64,000 nt of DNA. Origin: Gemmatimonadota bacterium. GTDB lineage: Bacteria; Gemmatimonadota; Gemmatimonadetes; Palauibacterales; Palauibacteraceae. Positions 28,030-38,790 of the stretch are shown one piece after another; position 1 is the first letter of the stretch, and each line of letters starts with the position of its first letter. Where the stretch lies: positions 1-64,000 of the forward strand of contig JBHIAV010000013.1 in NCBI GenBank assembly GCA_046758745.1. Reading direction: 5' to 3'. Under the pieces are notes generated by a model, which saw only the letters and a list, made by a program, of their open reading frames with translations, was not told where the DNA came from and made no database searches. The position numbers were made by a program, and so were the translations under genes.

Positions 28030-28576
28030 CGTATCTCGCCGCTGAGACCTGCCCTCGCGCTCCTGAAACCGGGAAGGGGCGAAGCTCGTAGGCCCTTCGG
28101 AGGCTCGAGGCGCGGAACGCATCGACTCCGATGGTCAAAGTCACTGAGATCGCCAGGCGTCGAACATAGAGGATGAGGGGAGGATGGGATGATCTACGGA
28201 AGGTGGAGGATGAAACGGCGGCCCGAGATGCTCTTCGTGCGGGTGGTGGGTTAGGGTAGACGGGAGGAAGCCGAAGCATCGAGGGGCGGGACGCCCCGGC
28301 GGACTTCGCGGATCGTCGCGTCGCGCCGTCGGGGCGTTCGCTTGGACGGGGTCCCCGAGCGGGGAAAGCATCGTCGCCGCTCGCCTTCCCGCCTCCGCCT
28401 CCTCCCTATCGTGGGCTCCCGCGCCTTGAAGTCGAGGCCGCGTGCGTCGATCTTCGGCGGGACTCGGCCCACGGGGGATCGGCCCCGCGGAGACGAACCC
28501 AACGGTGGAGAACGGTTCGGGTACGGGACGCTGGGGGCGGGCGTCGTCGATCCGATCACGGCCATGACGGAGGGAC

Positions 28577-29935
28577 ATGACACGAGTGCGGACTCTCGGT
28601 TCGCCCGACGGCGACATCGCGCTCCTCACAGACCAGTACGAGTTGACCATGCTCCAGGCGTACTGGCGCGAGGAGATGTTCGACCGGGCCGTGTTCAGCC
28701 TGTTCGTGCGCCGCCTGCCGGCGGAGCGCAACTACCTGCTGACGTGCGGCCTCGATAGCGCTCTCGACTACCTGGAAGGCCTGCGCTTCTCTTCCGACGC
28801 GCTGGACTACCTCTCGACTCTGGACGAGCTGTCCGCCCCGTTCCTGGATTGGCTGGCGGAGCTTCACTTCACGGGGGACGTGTACGCGGTGCCGGAAGGC
28901 ACGCCGGTGTTCGCCAACGAGCCATTGCTCGAGGTCGTGGCGCCGCTGCCGGAGGCACAGCTGGTCGAGACGCTGATCATGAACCAGATCCACTTCCAGA
29001 CGGTCCTCGCCTCCAAGGCGGCGCGCGTCGTGACGGCAGCGAGAGGACGCACGGTGGTGGACTTCGGGCTCCGGCGGATGTACGGGGTGGACGCGGGCCT
29101 CAAGGCCGCCCGGGCGTTCCACATCGCGGGAGTGGACTCGACCAGCAACCTCCTGGCGGGCATGCGCTACGGCTTCCGGGTGAGCGGCACGATGGCCCAC
29201 AGCTACGTGCAGGCACACGAACGGGAGGAAGACGCGTTCGCGGCCTTCGCCGAGCTCTATCCGGGGACGATCCTGCTGCTCGACACGTACGACACGCTCG
29301 AGGCGGTGCGGAAGGTCATCGCGCTGGCTCGGGCCAAGGGCCAGGCCTTCGACGTCCGGGGGGTTCGGCTCGACTCCGGCGACCTCGGCCGGCTCGCCGT
29401 CGAGGCGCGCCGCCAGCTGGATGCGGCCGGTCTCGATGGGGTGAGCATCTTCGCGAGCGGCGGGCTCGACGAGTATCGTATCGCCCGTCTCGTCGAGGAG
29501 GGGGCGCCCATCTCGGGCTTCGGGGTCGGGACGGCGATGGCCGTGTCGAGCGACGCCCCCGGTCTCGACATGGTGTACAAGCTCACGGCGTACGCCGGGC
29601 GAGGACGGCTCAAGCTGTCGCCCGGCAAGGAGACCCTGCCCGGGCGGAAGCAGGTGTATCGGCTGGAGGAGGACGGCGAGGCGGTGCGCGACGTCATCGC
29701 GGAGGCGGAGGACACGGGCCCGGGTCGGCCGCTTCTACGGCCCGTGATGCGGGGGGGAGTGAGGCTTCCCGAAGGCGAGACCGACCTGGACGAGGCCCGG
29801 GAGCGAGCGCGCTCCGAGATCGCTCGTCTCCCGCAGCGCGTCCGCTCCCTAGTCCCGGCCGAGCCACCGTACCCGGTGGCGATCAGCGAGGGACTCCTGC
29901 GTTACGAGAACGACGTGAGCCGCGCGGTCGGCTGA
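28577..29935 (+). CDS. pncB: nicotinate phosphoribosyltransferase
   Basis: LLTDQYELTM, DFGLRR, TSN, GTMAHS, LLDTYDT, VRLDSGD, ASGGLDE, FGVGT. Confidence 0.95.
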   Translation: MTRVRTLGSPDGDIALLTDQYELTMLQAYWREEMFDRAVFSLFVRRLPAERNYLLTCGLDSALDYLEGLRFSSDALDYLSTLDELSAPFLDWLAELHFTGDVYAVPEGTPVFANEPLLEVVAPLPEAQLVETLIMNQIHFQTVLASKAARVVTAARGRTVVDFGLRRMYGVDAGLKAARAFHIAGVDSTSNLLAGMRYGFRVSGTMAHSYVQAHEREEDAFAAFAELYPGTILLLDTYDTLEAVRKVIALARAKGQAFDVRGVRLDSGDLGRLAVEARRQLDAAGLDGVSIFASGGLDEYRIARLVEEGAPISGFGVGTAMAVSSDAPGLDMVYKLTAYAGRGRLKLSPGKETLPGRKQVYRLEEDGEAVRDVIAEAEDTGPGRPLLRPVMRGGVRLPEGETDLDEARERARSEIARLPQRVRSLVPAEPPYPVAISEGLLRYENDVSRAVG

Positions 29936-30044
29936 GCTGAGAGACACACGGACCGTCCGCCGGCCGCTCGACTCAGCGGGAGGGGCCGCAGGGGGGCGGC
30001 GAGCGGGCCGCCCAGGGACGCGGGACGCGGCCCGAGCGGGCCGT

Positions 30045-31094
30045 CTAGCAGCGCAGGGCTGCCGCGATCCCCGGCCAGCTCTCCATCGGATCCGTCGAGC
30101 GGACCACGTGCATCCCGGCGTCCGCGAAGCGGCGGAAGGCGGACTCGGCCTCCTCCGTGAAGTCGATCACGCCCGGGACCACGACGGGCGACGTGCAGTC
30201 TTCGAGCAGGTACACCTTGCCGGCGAGGCCCTGCGACCGGATGAGGGGATTCACCAGGAGGTCTTCGATCGTCCAGGCCACGCAGTGACTCTTGGCCTGG
30301 CCGGCGACGAGGATCGCGTCGAAGCCGATGAGCATCTCGATGAACCCATCGTCGCTCCCGGCGATCGGCCTGCCGTCCGGATCCTCCCGCACCTCGGGCC
30401 CCAGCACCGAGTAGTGCTCGGTCAGCGGGAGGTTGCCCTTCACCTGGAAGGCCGCCGGGCTCTGCCGCGCGATCGTGTGGAAGAAGACGGCTTCCTCCAC
30501 GGCGGAGACCAGCGCGTGACCGATCCCGCCTAGCATGGCGTGGTAGGGCCAGATCGTGAGGTCGTACTTCCCTCCCTCCTTCAGACATCTCGTATAGTGA
30601 CGCAGGAACTGCCGTGCGCTCGCCTCGTCCAGCCCGAGTTCCGCGTACACCGCCGGGTTGACCCTCCACGCGCCGCGTTCCACGTCCTCGGCCGAGATCA
30701 GCGTGTAGGGGTCCGGATGCCGTCCGTCCGCGCCGATCAGAAAGACGGAGTGGAAGATCTGGAAGGCCTGGTGCGTGTCCATGGTCGGACAGATCCGCGT
30801 GATCGCGGCGAGGTTCCGATAGATGAACTCGCACAGACGGCGGTTGTCGTCGACCGCCCCGGTCCCTGAGCGGCCACCCACGAACAGCTCGAACTCCGGA
30901 ATGCAGAAGGTGTTCTGGACGTCTACCGCGACGAGGCATACCCGGAGCTCGTCCTCGGCGGCGGGCCGGAGGCCGTGCTCCGCGGCCCAGCGCTCGGCCT
31001 CGGCGGCCCGCCGCTCGTAGGGGACCCTCCACACCTGGCCGACCCTCTCCGGGTCGAAATACGCGGGGACGGGGAGGCTCGATCCGATACTCAC
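30045..31094 (-). CDS. long isochorismatase-family cysteine hydrolase (nicotinamidase-like)
   Basis: VDVQNTF, TMDTH, IWPYH, VKG, AKSHCV (D-K-C triad plus metal ligands). Confidence 0.85.
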   Translation of the reverse strand: MSIGSSLPVPAYFDPERVGQVWRVPYERRAAEAERWAAEHGLRPAAEDELRVCLVAVDVQNTFCIPEFELFVGGRSGTGAVDDNRRLCEFIYRNLAAITRICPTMDTHQAFQIFHSVFLIGADGRHPDPYTLISAEDVERGAWRVNPAVYAELGLDEASARQFLRHYTRCLKEGGKYDLTIWPYHAMLGGIGHALVSAVEEAVFFHTIARQSPAAFQVKGNLPLTEHYSVLGPEVREDPDGRPIAGSDDGFIEMLIGFDAILVAGQAKSHCVAWTIEDLLVNPLIRSQGLAGKVYLLEDCTSPVVVPGVIDFTEEAESAFRRFADAGMHVVRSTDPMESWPGIAAALRC

Positions 31095-31182
31095 GGGGAT
31101 CCTCCGAGCCGGAAGGCCGACCGCCGGCGATCGCCCGGGACCTCGGCGCGCCCTCGCCGCCGCCTGTGGGGACCCTCGTGCC

Positions 31183-31926
31183 TCATCCCTGCTGCGCTCC
31201 GGCCTCCAGCCGCACCCGGCGAAGCGCCTCCAGCGGATCGGCCGCGCCCGTCACGGACCGCCCCACGACCAGGAAGTCCGCCCCCGCGTCCCGCGCTACG
31301 GAAGGGCGCGCGACACGCTTCTGATCGTGCTCCGCATCACCGGCGAGCCGTATACCGGGTGTGGCAACGAGAAACTCCTCGCCGCAGGAGAGCTTGATCG
31401 CCCGACACTCCGCCACCGAAGCGACGGCTCCATGAACCCCGCTCTCCCGCGCCAGCCCCGCCAGCCGGCCGACGGCCTCCTCGACCGCCACACCGGATCC
31501 CATCACGTCGGCCAGGGCGCCGTCGTCCAGCGACGTGAGGACCGTCACCGCCAGGATGCGCAGCTCCGATCCTCTCTGCGCGCTCTCCACGGCGGCTCGC
31601 AGCATCGCCGCCCCTCCGGAAGCGTGCACGGTGAGGAGGCGGACGCCGAGGCCGGCCACGGACCGCACGGCGCCCGCGACCGTGGTCGGGATGTCGTGCA
31701 GCTTCAGGTCGAGGAGGATCGGGTGCTCCCGCCAGGCGAGACGCTTCACGAAGCCGGGGCCGCACCGGGTGAAGAGCTCGAGCCCCACCTTGCACCAGGT
31801 CCCGGGAGGAAGCCGGTTGACCAGGCCCCATGCCGCCTCTTCCTCCGGGTAGTCCAGGGCCACGATCACCTCGGGAGCCGGCCGCCGAAGGACGGTCGCC
31901 CCGGAACCCTCCCCCGCGGCCCGCAT
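31183..31926 (-). CDS. pyrF: orotidine-5'-phosphate decarboxylase
   Basis: [43 protein letters not shown]; start uncertain. Confidence 0.95.
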   Translation of the reverse strand: MRAAGEGSGATVLRRPAPEVIVALDYPEEEAAWGLVNRLPPGTWCKVGLELFTRCGPGFVKRLAWREHPILLDLKLHDIPTTVAGAVRSVAGLGVRLLTVHASGGAAMLRAAVESAQRGSELRILAVTVLTSLDDGALADVMGSGVAVEEAVGRLAGLARESGVHGAVASVAECRAIKLSCGEEFLVATPGIRLAGDAEHDQKRVARPSVARDAGADFLVVGRSVTGAADPLEALRRVRLEAGAQQG

Positions 31927-31966
31927 CGAGGAGAGGTCCGAGCCGGCCCCGGACCCAGAGTCGCTG

Positions 31967-32899
31967 TCAGGCATCTGCCACCTCCGAGAGCTGCACGGCG
32001 CCGATGAGGTCGGAGATACGTTCGATACGGTGTCGGCCAAGATACGCTTGCAGCCCGTCGTTCACCCGCACGGCCGCCCCCGGGTCCACGAACAGGGCGG
32101 TCCCGATCTGCACCAGTGATGCCCCGGCCAGGATGTACTGGAGGGCGTCGGAGGCCGAGCGGATCCCGCCGGCGCCGATGACCGGTACACGAACGCTCTG
32201 GGCCGTCCGCCAGGTGAGGTAGACCCCCATGGGGAGGATGGCCGGACCGCTCACGCCGCCCGTCACGTTCCCGATCACCGGCGTCCGTCGCTCCACGTCG
32301 ATGAGCATCCCCGGGAAGGTGTTGATCGCGCTCAGGCCGTCCGCTCCGCACTCCTCGCAGATACGAGCGTACACCCCGATGTCCGGCACGTTCGGGGTGA
32401 GCTTCACCACGAGCGGGCGCTCCGTCTCCTCCCGAAGGCGGGTGACGAGCGCCGCCAGCGCTCGCTCGTCCGTCCCGAACATCGTTCCCCCCTCCACGTT
32501 CGGACAGGAGACGTTGATCTCGTAGCCGAGGAAGCCCTGCTCGGTGTCGAGCGCCGTCACCACCGCCGCGAACTCGTCGACCGTGCGACCCACGACGTTC
32601 ACGAAGACGCGCGCCCGCCTCAGGTTCTCCCGCAGCCACGGAAGCTTCTCGGCGATGAAACGCTCGAGGCCGACGTTCGCCAGCCCGATCGCGTTGATCA
32701 TCCCCGCGGGCGTCTCCGCCACGCGGTGCGGCGGGTTGCCCGGCCGAGGCTCCACGCTCACCGCCTTGGTGACGAGCCCGCCGAGCTCGTCGAGGGGAAT
32801 CAGATCGGCGTACTCCTCTCCGTAGCCGCACGTCCCCGAAGCGAGGAGGACGGGGCTCACGAACTCCGTTCCGAAAACGCGCTGCGCCAGGGGTCTCAC
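31967..32899 (-). CDS. pyrD: dihydroorotate dehydrogenase 1B, catalytic subunit
   Basis: ASGTCGYG, NAIGLAN, EINVSCPN, VKLTPN, GGVSGPAI. Confidence 0.95.
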   Translation of the reverse strand: MRPLAQRVFGTEFVSPVLLASGTCGYGEEYADLIPLDELGGLVTKAVSVEPRPGNPPHRVAETPAGMINAIGLANVGLERFIAEKLPWLRENLRRARVFVNVVGRTVDEFAAVVTALDTEQGFLGYEINVSCPNVEGGTMFGTDERALAALVTRLREETERPLVVKLTPNVPDIGVYARICEECGADGLSAINTFPGMLIDVERRTPVIGNVTGGVSGPAILPMGVYLTWRTAQSVRVPVIGAGGIRSASDALQYILAGASLVQIGTALFVDPGAAVRVNDGLQAYLGRHRIERISDLIGAVQLSEVADA

Positions 32900-32960
32900 G
32901 GACGCCCCGCGGCGAAGGGAGGCGGGTGAATCCGGCGCGTCGAGTCAGGGGGGAGGGTTC

Positions 32961-33785
32961 TCACGGCCAGGACAGCTCCGAGGCGCGGAACACCGGTCCC
33001 TCCGTGCACGACTGGATCCACCGGCCGTCCGCCCCGGCGACCACACAGCCCTGACAGGTACCGATCCCACAGGCCATGTGCTCCTCCACCGAGACCTGGA
33101 GCGGGAGGTCGGCCTCCCGCGCCAGCTCGGCCACGGCCCGCAGCATCGGCGTCGGACCGCACGCCATCAGAAGGGGATCGCCGCGAAGGTCGATCCCACG
33201 GGTGACGGGCCCGCGCAGCCCCGCTCGGCCATCCTCCGTCCACACCTCCACGGATCCTCGAGCCAGCGTCTCGAGGAGGGCGGGATCGAAGACGCGCGAT
33301 CCGACCCGCTCGCCGTACAGGAGGCGGAGCTCCCTGCCCCTCGCTCGCTCCTCGGCGGCGAGAAATATGAAGGGGGCGAGACCCACCCCGCCGGCGACGC
33401 ACAGCGACGGGCGCTCCGGGTCCGGGCGGAAGGCGCTCCCCAGCGGGCCGAGGAGGAGCAGTCGGTCCCCCTCCCGCACCGAGGCGAGGCGACGGGTCCC
33501 GGCCCCGAACTCCCGCACGAGAAAACCGAGGCGCCCGTCGGGCGACCGCCATCCCACGCTGAACGGTCGGGGCAGGAACGGAGCGTCGGTGTTCTCGAGC
33601 CCGAAGCCGATCATCACGAATCGTCCCGGCCGGCTGCCGCGCGCCACGTCGGGGCACTCCACCTCGAGCCACCATGTCGCCTCCGCCACGGCCCGATGGC
33701 TCAGAACCGTGGACCAGCGGCGGAGGGGGGCGCCGGGGGCGGACCGCGACCCCGGCCCGGTCCGCTCGGCGTGTGCGGCCGCCAC
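32961..33785 (-). CDS. pyrK: dihydroorotate dehydrogenase electron-transfer subunit
   Basis: LPRPFS, GPLG, AGGVGLAP, ACGPTPM, MACGIGTCQGC..CTEGPVF; start approximate. Confidence 0.9.
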   Translation of the reverse strand: MAAAHAERTGPGSRSAPGAPLRRWSTVLSHRAVAEATWWLEVECPDVARGSRPGRFVMIGFGLENTDAPFLPRPFSVGWRSPDGRLGFLVREFGAGTRRLASVREGDRLLLLGPLGSAFRPDPERPSLCVAGGVGLAPFIFLAAEERARGRELRLLYGERVGSRVFDPALLETLARGSVEVWTEDGRAGLRGPVTRGIDLRGDPLLMACGPTPMLRAVAELAREADLPLQVSVEEHMACGIGTCQGCVVAGADGRWIQSCTEGPVFRASELSWP

Positions 33786-33799
33786 GGCGTCGGAGCCGG

Positions 33800-35320
33800 T
33801 CAAAACTCGACGCGTGCGCTGTCGGCTCGCGCGCCGTGCGCGGCCGAGTCCACCACGGCCTCGGCCGTATCCGCGACCACCGGGCGTACCCGGTCGTCGA
33901 AAAGCGCGCGTATGTCGGTCAAACGCCGCCGCAGCTCCCGCTCGGATCGGACGTACGCGGACTCGGCCGCCACCGACGAAACACGGGTCTGAGCGAGGAA
34001 GTAGGGGTCCCCCGGGTCGAGCTCCCGTAGCCGCCGGTGGAGCTCCGCGTCCGTCGCGTCCCCGAGGTCGACCGCCCCCTCGATCCCGTCCGCCCGGCTT
34101 CCCGACAGGGAGAGGGCTCCGAGGATCGCCTTCGCGGCCCACGGAGATCTCGGGACGAGCCTCAGATAGCGCAGGTACAGGCCGCGGGCGAGCTCGGGCG
34201 AGCGGAGGTCGGCCCGGGCGATCTCCGCTGAGCGGAGTAGGGCCTCCGCCGCGGCCGCTCCGCGGCTCTCGTACGCCCCCATCAGACCGCTGAACAGCTC
34301 GACAGCCGCGGTGAGAGCGATGGCCGAGTCCTGCACGGCTCGCGGCGCCACACGCGTGGCGGTCTGGAGACGCCCCAGCGTCGCCGCGACCGTCCCGGCA
34401 TCCCGGGCGCCGGCAAGCTCGAGCCGAGACCAACGGTAAGCCGCCTCGCCGGCGGCGCGCGTGGTGACCGCGGCCTCGAGGGCGGCCGCGTAGGCCGCGA
34501 GCGCTCCGGCATCGTCGCCGAGTCGCTCTCGCGTGCGACCCTGGTGCAGGTAGAGGACGGATCTCTGCACCGGTCTCCGCCCTGGAGCATCCAAGAGCTC
34601 GGTGAACATCGCGTCGAGCGACTCGGGAGCGAGGACCATGAGGGTGTCCACGAGCCGCCGCTGTGGCTCGGTGAGGTCCACCAGCTGGTCGATGTCCAGC
34701 ATGCGGCGCGTGAGGGCTACCGCGTGCTCGTACTCCCCGACGCGGGCAAGGGCCGACGCAAGCTCGAGCTGGTCGAGGCCCGACTCCTCCGCCTCCTCAA
34801 CCGCCGCGCGAAGGTCCGCGCCGGCCGCATCTGCCTCCCCGAGGGCGAGTCGGGCGCGACCGCGCGTGAAGAGGAAGATCGTGCGATCCCTCGCCCCGAG
34901 CTTCCCGTCCAGCGCCTGCGTGAGGTGCTCGCGCGCCATCCCCGGATCTCCCAGCTCGAAAGCCGCGACGCCCACGATCCCCCTCGCCACCGAACGGAGG
35001 GCGGGATCGTTCGTTCGCCGGGCTGCGAGCTCGGCCGACCGGTACGCCGCTTCCCACCGCCCCCGATACACCTCCGAGCGGGCCTTGAGGATCGCCGCGT
35101 CATCGGCGTACTTGCTGTTCGGATGCCCGGTCAGCACTCGACCCGTCTTCGCGATCACGCTGTCCAGCGCGACGTTCGCCTCCCCGAGCCGCCCTTCCCG
35201 CAGCGCTCGCTCCGCGCGGTCGTATTCCCGCTCGGCGTTGTACAGGGTGTTGTAGTAGACGCAACCGGCCAGCCCCGCAGCGGCCAGAACCGTCAGGCGG
35301 GAGCGCAGCGGCGATCTCAA
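33800..35320 (-). CDS. TPR-repeat lipoprotein
   Basis: LAGC lipobox, YYNTLYNA, HPNSKYADDA, helical Ala/Leu-rich repeats. Confidence 0.8.
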   Translation of the reverse strand: MRSPLRSRLTVLAAAGLAGCVYYNTLYNAEREYDRAERALREGRLGEANVALDSVIAKTGRVLTGHPNSKYADDAAILKARSEVYRGRWEAAYRSAELAARRTNDPALRSVARGIVGVAAFELGDPGMAREHLTQALDGKLGARDRTIFLFTRGRARLALGEADAAGADLRAAVEEAEESGLDQLELASALARVGEYEHAVALTRRMLDIDQLVDLTEPQRRLVDTLMVLAPESLDAMFTELLDAPGRRPVQRSVLYLHQGRTRERLGDDAGALAAYAAALEAAVTTRAAGEAAYRWSRLELAGARDAGTVAATLGRLQTATRVAPRAVQDSAIALTAAVELFSGLMGAYESRGAAAAEALLRSAEIARADLRSPELARGLYLRYLRLVPRSPWAAKAILGALSLSGSRADGIEGAVDLGDATDAELHRRLRELDPGDPYFLAQTRVSSVAAESAYVRSERELRRRLTDIRALFDDRVRPVVADTAEAVVDSAAHGARADSARVEF

Positions 35321-36564
35321 TCCCCGGCCCCGGCCGCCGAAAGCCGCTGCAGGCGCCGGTCGACCTCTTCGAAATAGCTCCCGATCGCTCGGTCGAGGGA
35401 GCGGGCGATGCGCTCCACCCCGGTACGACTTCGCAGCATCTTCTCGTCGCCCGGGTTGGTGATGAAGCCGGTCTCGACCAGGACCGAAGGCATCGTACCG
35501 GTCGCTCCCATCAACACGTAGAAGCCGGCCTGCTTGACCCCGCGATCAGGGCTTTCCACCTCTCGGCGCAGCTCGTTCTGCACGAATCCCGCGAAGCGAT
35601 TCGACTCCTGCACGTTCTCGTTCTGTTCGAGCCCCGCCAGGATGTACTGCAACGTGCCGATGGTTCCCGCGGCCGTCTCGCCCTCCAGCTCGAGGACGCT
35701 GTTCTCGCGCATCGCCACCCGCTTTGATTCCTCGGTCCGCGCTTCGGAGAGAAAGTACGTCTCGAAGCCGCGCGCGCTCGATCCGCGCTCCTGAGCGTTC
35801 ACGTGGATGGAGACGAAGAGGTCCGCGCTCTTCGCGGTGGCGATCCGGGAACGCTCGCGAAGCTTCAGGAATCGATCGTCCGCGCGGGTCAGGATCGGCT
35901 CCAAGTCCGATCGCCTCTTCAACAAATCGTGCAGACGGAGAGCCACGGCGAGGGTGATGTCCTTCTCCCGGGCCCCGGTTCGTCGACTCACCGTGCCGGG
36001 GTCGTGCCCTCCGTGGCCGGCGTCGATCACCACCCGCCACGGTCCCCCGCGACGGCTCCGCACCGAGGCCGTTCCCGCCGGGGCGTCCGCCGAGCCGGGG
36101 TGCACGGAGGCCATGGGTGCCGCGACGCCGGAGCCCGCGGCCGTTCTCGCCCGCGCGATCGGGTGGCGCTCCGATAGCAGCTCGAGGGGAACCCAGAAGT
36201 GCCCCCTCGCCAGGTACGGGGCGTTGGCCAGTTGAAAGACGGCGTCGCCGTGGCGGACGAACGGAGACCCGGCCCGAAAGTGGAGCAGCTCCGCGCCGAG
36301 CCGAGCGCTCGCTTCGGCGCCGAGGATCCGGGTAGAAGAGAACACCACCCCGACCAGGGCCCCCAGCTCGGCCGCCGGGAAGCCCCGCTCGTACGACACG
36401 GCCAGCCGTGCCCCCCCATCGCCGAGCGCCGCGGCCTCCGACTCCGGCGCCCGTTGCACCGCGAGCGCGGGCATCGACGGGAAAGCCGCTGCCCAGCAGA
36501 GCGCGACGGCCAGCGCCCCGGCCCGGCCCGCACCTCGCCCCCACACCGCCGCCCACCCCTTCAC
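35317..36564 (-). CDS. N-acetylmuramoyl-L-alanine amidase (Amidase_3, AmiA/AmiC-like)
   Basis: VIDAGHGGHDPG, EKDITL, LTR, FVSIHVNA, GFETY, PSVLVETGFITN; start approximate. Confidence 0.92.
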   Translation of the reverse strand: MKGWAAVWGRGAGRAGALAVALCWAAAFPSMPALAVQRAPESEAAALGDGGARLAVSYERGFPAAELGALVGVVFSSTRILGAEASARLGAELLHFRAGSPFVRHGDAVFQLANAPYLARGHFWVPLELLSERHPIARARTAAGSGVAAPMASVHPGSADAPAGTASVRSRRGGPWRVVIDAGHGGHDPGTVSRRTGAREKDITLAVALRLHDLLKRRSDLEPILTRADDRFLKLRERSRIATAKSADLFVSIHVNAQERGSSARGFETYFLSEARTEESKRVAMRENSVLELEGETAAGTIGTLQYILAGLEQNENVQESNRFAGFVQNELRREVESPDRGVKQAGFYVLMGATGTMPSVLVETGFITNPGDEKMLRSRTGVERIARSLDRAIGSYFEEVDRRLQRLSAAGAGD

Positions 36565-36622
36565 GGGAGCCCCGGCCTGGACGAGCCGCCGGCCCGGGAC
36601 TCTCCCGCTCTCGATCCATCCC

Positions 36623-37108
36623 CTACCGCCGCCTGTGCAACGCACGCTCGACCTCCCGCCGCATCTCGCTGCGCTTGAGGGTTTCGCGCTTGTCGTGCAG
36701 CTTCTTCCCCCGGGCCAGTCCGAGCGTGACCTTCGCTCGACCGTTCGTGAAGTGAATGTCCAGGGGGACGAGGGTCAGACCGCGCTCGGCCGTCTTGGCG
36801 GCCAGCCGCTCGAGCTCCTTACGGTGAACGAGCAGCTTACGAGTTCGCAGCGGATCCGGCGGATCGACGTGGGCCGATTCGTACGGCGCGATGTGGAGGT
36901 TGTACAGCCACAGCTCCCCCCTCTCGACCCTGGCGAAAGAGTCCGTAAAGTTCGCCTTGCCCGCGCGCAGCGACTTGACCTCCGCGCCGCGCAGGACGAG
37001 GCCGGCCTCCACCTCCTCCAGGATCTCGAACTCGTGCCGGGCCTTCCTGTTACGGATGACCACCTTTCGGCCATCTGCCGTTCGCGCCACCTGACCTCCC
37101 GAAGCCAC
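36623..37108 (-). CDS. smpB: SsrA-binding protein
   Basis: NRKARHEF, EAGLVLRGAEVKSLR, RKLLVHRKE, RGKKLHDKR. Confidence 0.97.
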   Translation of the reverse strand: MASGGQVARTADGRKVVIRNRKARHEFEILEEVEAGLVLRGAEVKSLRAGKANFTDSFARVERGELWLYNLHIAPYESAHVDPPDPLRTRKLLVHRKELERLAAKTAERGLTLVPLDIHFTNGRAKVTLGLARGKKLHDKRETLKRSEMRREVERALHRRR

Positions 37109-37210
37109 ACGGCGGATGGGCGGGACCCATCCAATCTACCGGCCGGGAGGGCCTCCTGCCACTTCGTGGACGCGCGGGCCGGACGGCCGCGCTAGGAGGC
37201 GCGGGCGCCG

Positions 37211-38122
37211 TCAAGTCGGCTCGAACATCTCCAGCCGCGCCCGCATGATGCGCCGCAGCGCGGCCACCTTCGCCACCTCGCCTCCGAGCAGGAAGATCAC
37301 CGAGGAGTAGTACAGGGAGACCACGAGCACGATGAGGGTGGCGAGCGCGAAGGAGAACGGCCCCACGTCACCGAACGTCGCCAGGTACCAGCCGAACGCC
37401 GCCTTCAGCGCCTCGAAGGCCGTAGCCGCGAAAACCGCTGCCACCGCCGCCGTGCGCCAGCGAAGTCGATCGCCCGGCACGACCTTGTAGATGAGCAGGT
37501 ACATGAGGAATACAAAGAGGTAGGCGGAGACAAACCCGAGCGCGCTCACGACGGCGCCGGGGTCGATGCCGAGCCGCTCCAGCTCGCCGGCCCCGACGCC
37601 TGCCAGGGCCGAGGTGAGGACCACGTTCGCGGTCAGCAGGACGGTGCTGCTGACCACCATGAAGAGATCGCGAAGCAGGGCATGCAGGAATCCGGGACGG
37701 TCGCGTACATCGAACACCTCGCCGAGCGCGGCGCGCAGGGCGGCGAAGAGCCGGGCGGAGAACCATACGAAGAGGGTGCCGCTGATGAGCCCCAGAGAAC
37801 CCGCGTTCCCGATGACCTCCGCCAGCTGCCGCCCGACCTCCGCCTGGACGGTCGGATCCGAGATCGGAACGTACTCCCACAGCCGATCCAGCACGTCCGC
37901 CGGCGCGACCTGGAGGCGCGGGGCAAGAAGGAGGCCGACGACGGAGAGGATGAGCAGAAGGAAGGGGATGGCGGCCAGGAGGAGGCTGAAGGTGAGGCCG
38001 GAGGCGAGGAAGAGAACCCGGTCGTGGCCCGACTGCTCGAGGACCTCCCGGGCGAAGCGACCCACGCCGCGCACGCGGTCGAGCAGGCCGCGCCCCACCT
38101 CCCGCGGCAACCCTGGCCTCAC
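37211..38122 (-). CDS. YihY/BrkB-family membrane protein
   Basis: ASGLTFSLLLAAIPF, IYKVVP, FEALK.AFGWY, IFLLGGE. Confidence 0.88.
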   Translation of the reverse strand: MRPGLPREVGRGLLDRVRGVGRFAREVLEQSGHDRVLFLASGLTFSLLLAAIPFLLLILSVVGLLLAPRLQVAPADVLDRLWEYVPISDPTVQAEVGRQLAEVIGNAGSLGLISGTLFVWFSARLFAALRAALGEVFDVRDRPGFLHALLRDLFMVVSSTVLLTANVVLTSALAGVGAGELERLGIDPGAVVSALGFVSAYLFVFLMYLLIYKVVPGDRLRWRTAAVAAVFAATAFEALKAAFGWYLATFGDVGPFSFALATLIVLVVSLYYSSVIFLLGGEVAKVAALRRIMRARLEMFEPT

Positions 38123-38163
38123 CCCGGCCAGGTCGTCAACCCTTCAGATCCCGCGGAGCGGCG

Positions 38164-38613
38164 CTACGCCTCCTCTTCCGTTTCTGCGCTCTCCGCTCCC
38201 TCACCGACCGACACGGCCAATCGCTCCCGGTACTCTTCCTTCGACTCCGCCACCCTCTTCTCGAGGTCTTCGCGAGCCTTTCGCGCGGCGTCACGGCCGG
38301 CCCGCACGGCCTCCTCCGCCCGGTGCTTCCGTTGGCGCAGCTCGCTGCGGGCGGACTCCAGCCGCTCGGCCACGTCCTCGCGCACTTGGCCGTACTTCTC
38401 CCCGGCCTCCTCGCGCAGCTCGGCGAACTTCTCTTCGGCATCGTCCCGCAGGCGGCGCAGCCCGTCGCGGATGTCCTGCTGGGTCTCGCGACCGGACTTC
38501 GGCGCGTACAGGAGGCCGACGATCGCTCCGATGGCTATCCCTCCGAGGAACGCGCCAAGAGGAAAGCCGCTCCGCTCGATCACGATGTACGGTCCGTCAC
38601 TCTGCTCGGCCAT
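38164..38613 (-). CDS. YtxH-domain protein
   Basis: FLGGIAIGAIVGLLYAPKSGRET followed by a coiled coil. Confidence 0.9.
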   Translation of the reverse strand: MAEQSDGPYIVIERSGFPLGAFLGGIAIGAIVGLLYAPKSGRETQQDIRDGLRRLRDDAEEKFAELREEAGEKYGQVREDVAERLESARSELRQRKHRAEEAVRAGRDAARKAREDLEKRVAESKEEYRERLAVSVGEGAESAETEEEA

Positions 38614-38790
38614 CTTCCATTCCCTGCTGAAGGCATTCTCGATCCGTGGCAACGCGGCGGGCTTGCGGAAACCCTCGATCACGCTGCATGCGCCGCCGGC
38701 CTGCTCGACGACCACGGCGGACGGATCCTTTCCCGCGCTCCTCGAGTCAATGTAGGATCTCCCGTCCCCGGCTACAATACACGCACGGGC

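Noticed and set aside
36565-37210. tmRNA next to smpB
   Set aside because: The flanking gaps are too short and have no tRNA-like ends.
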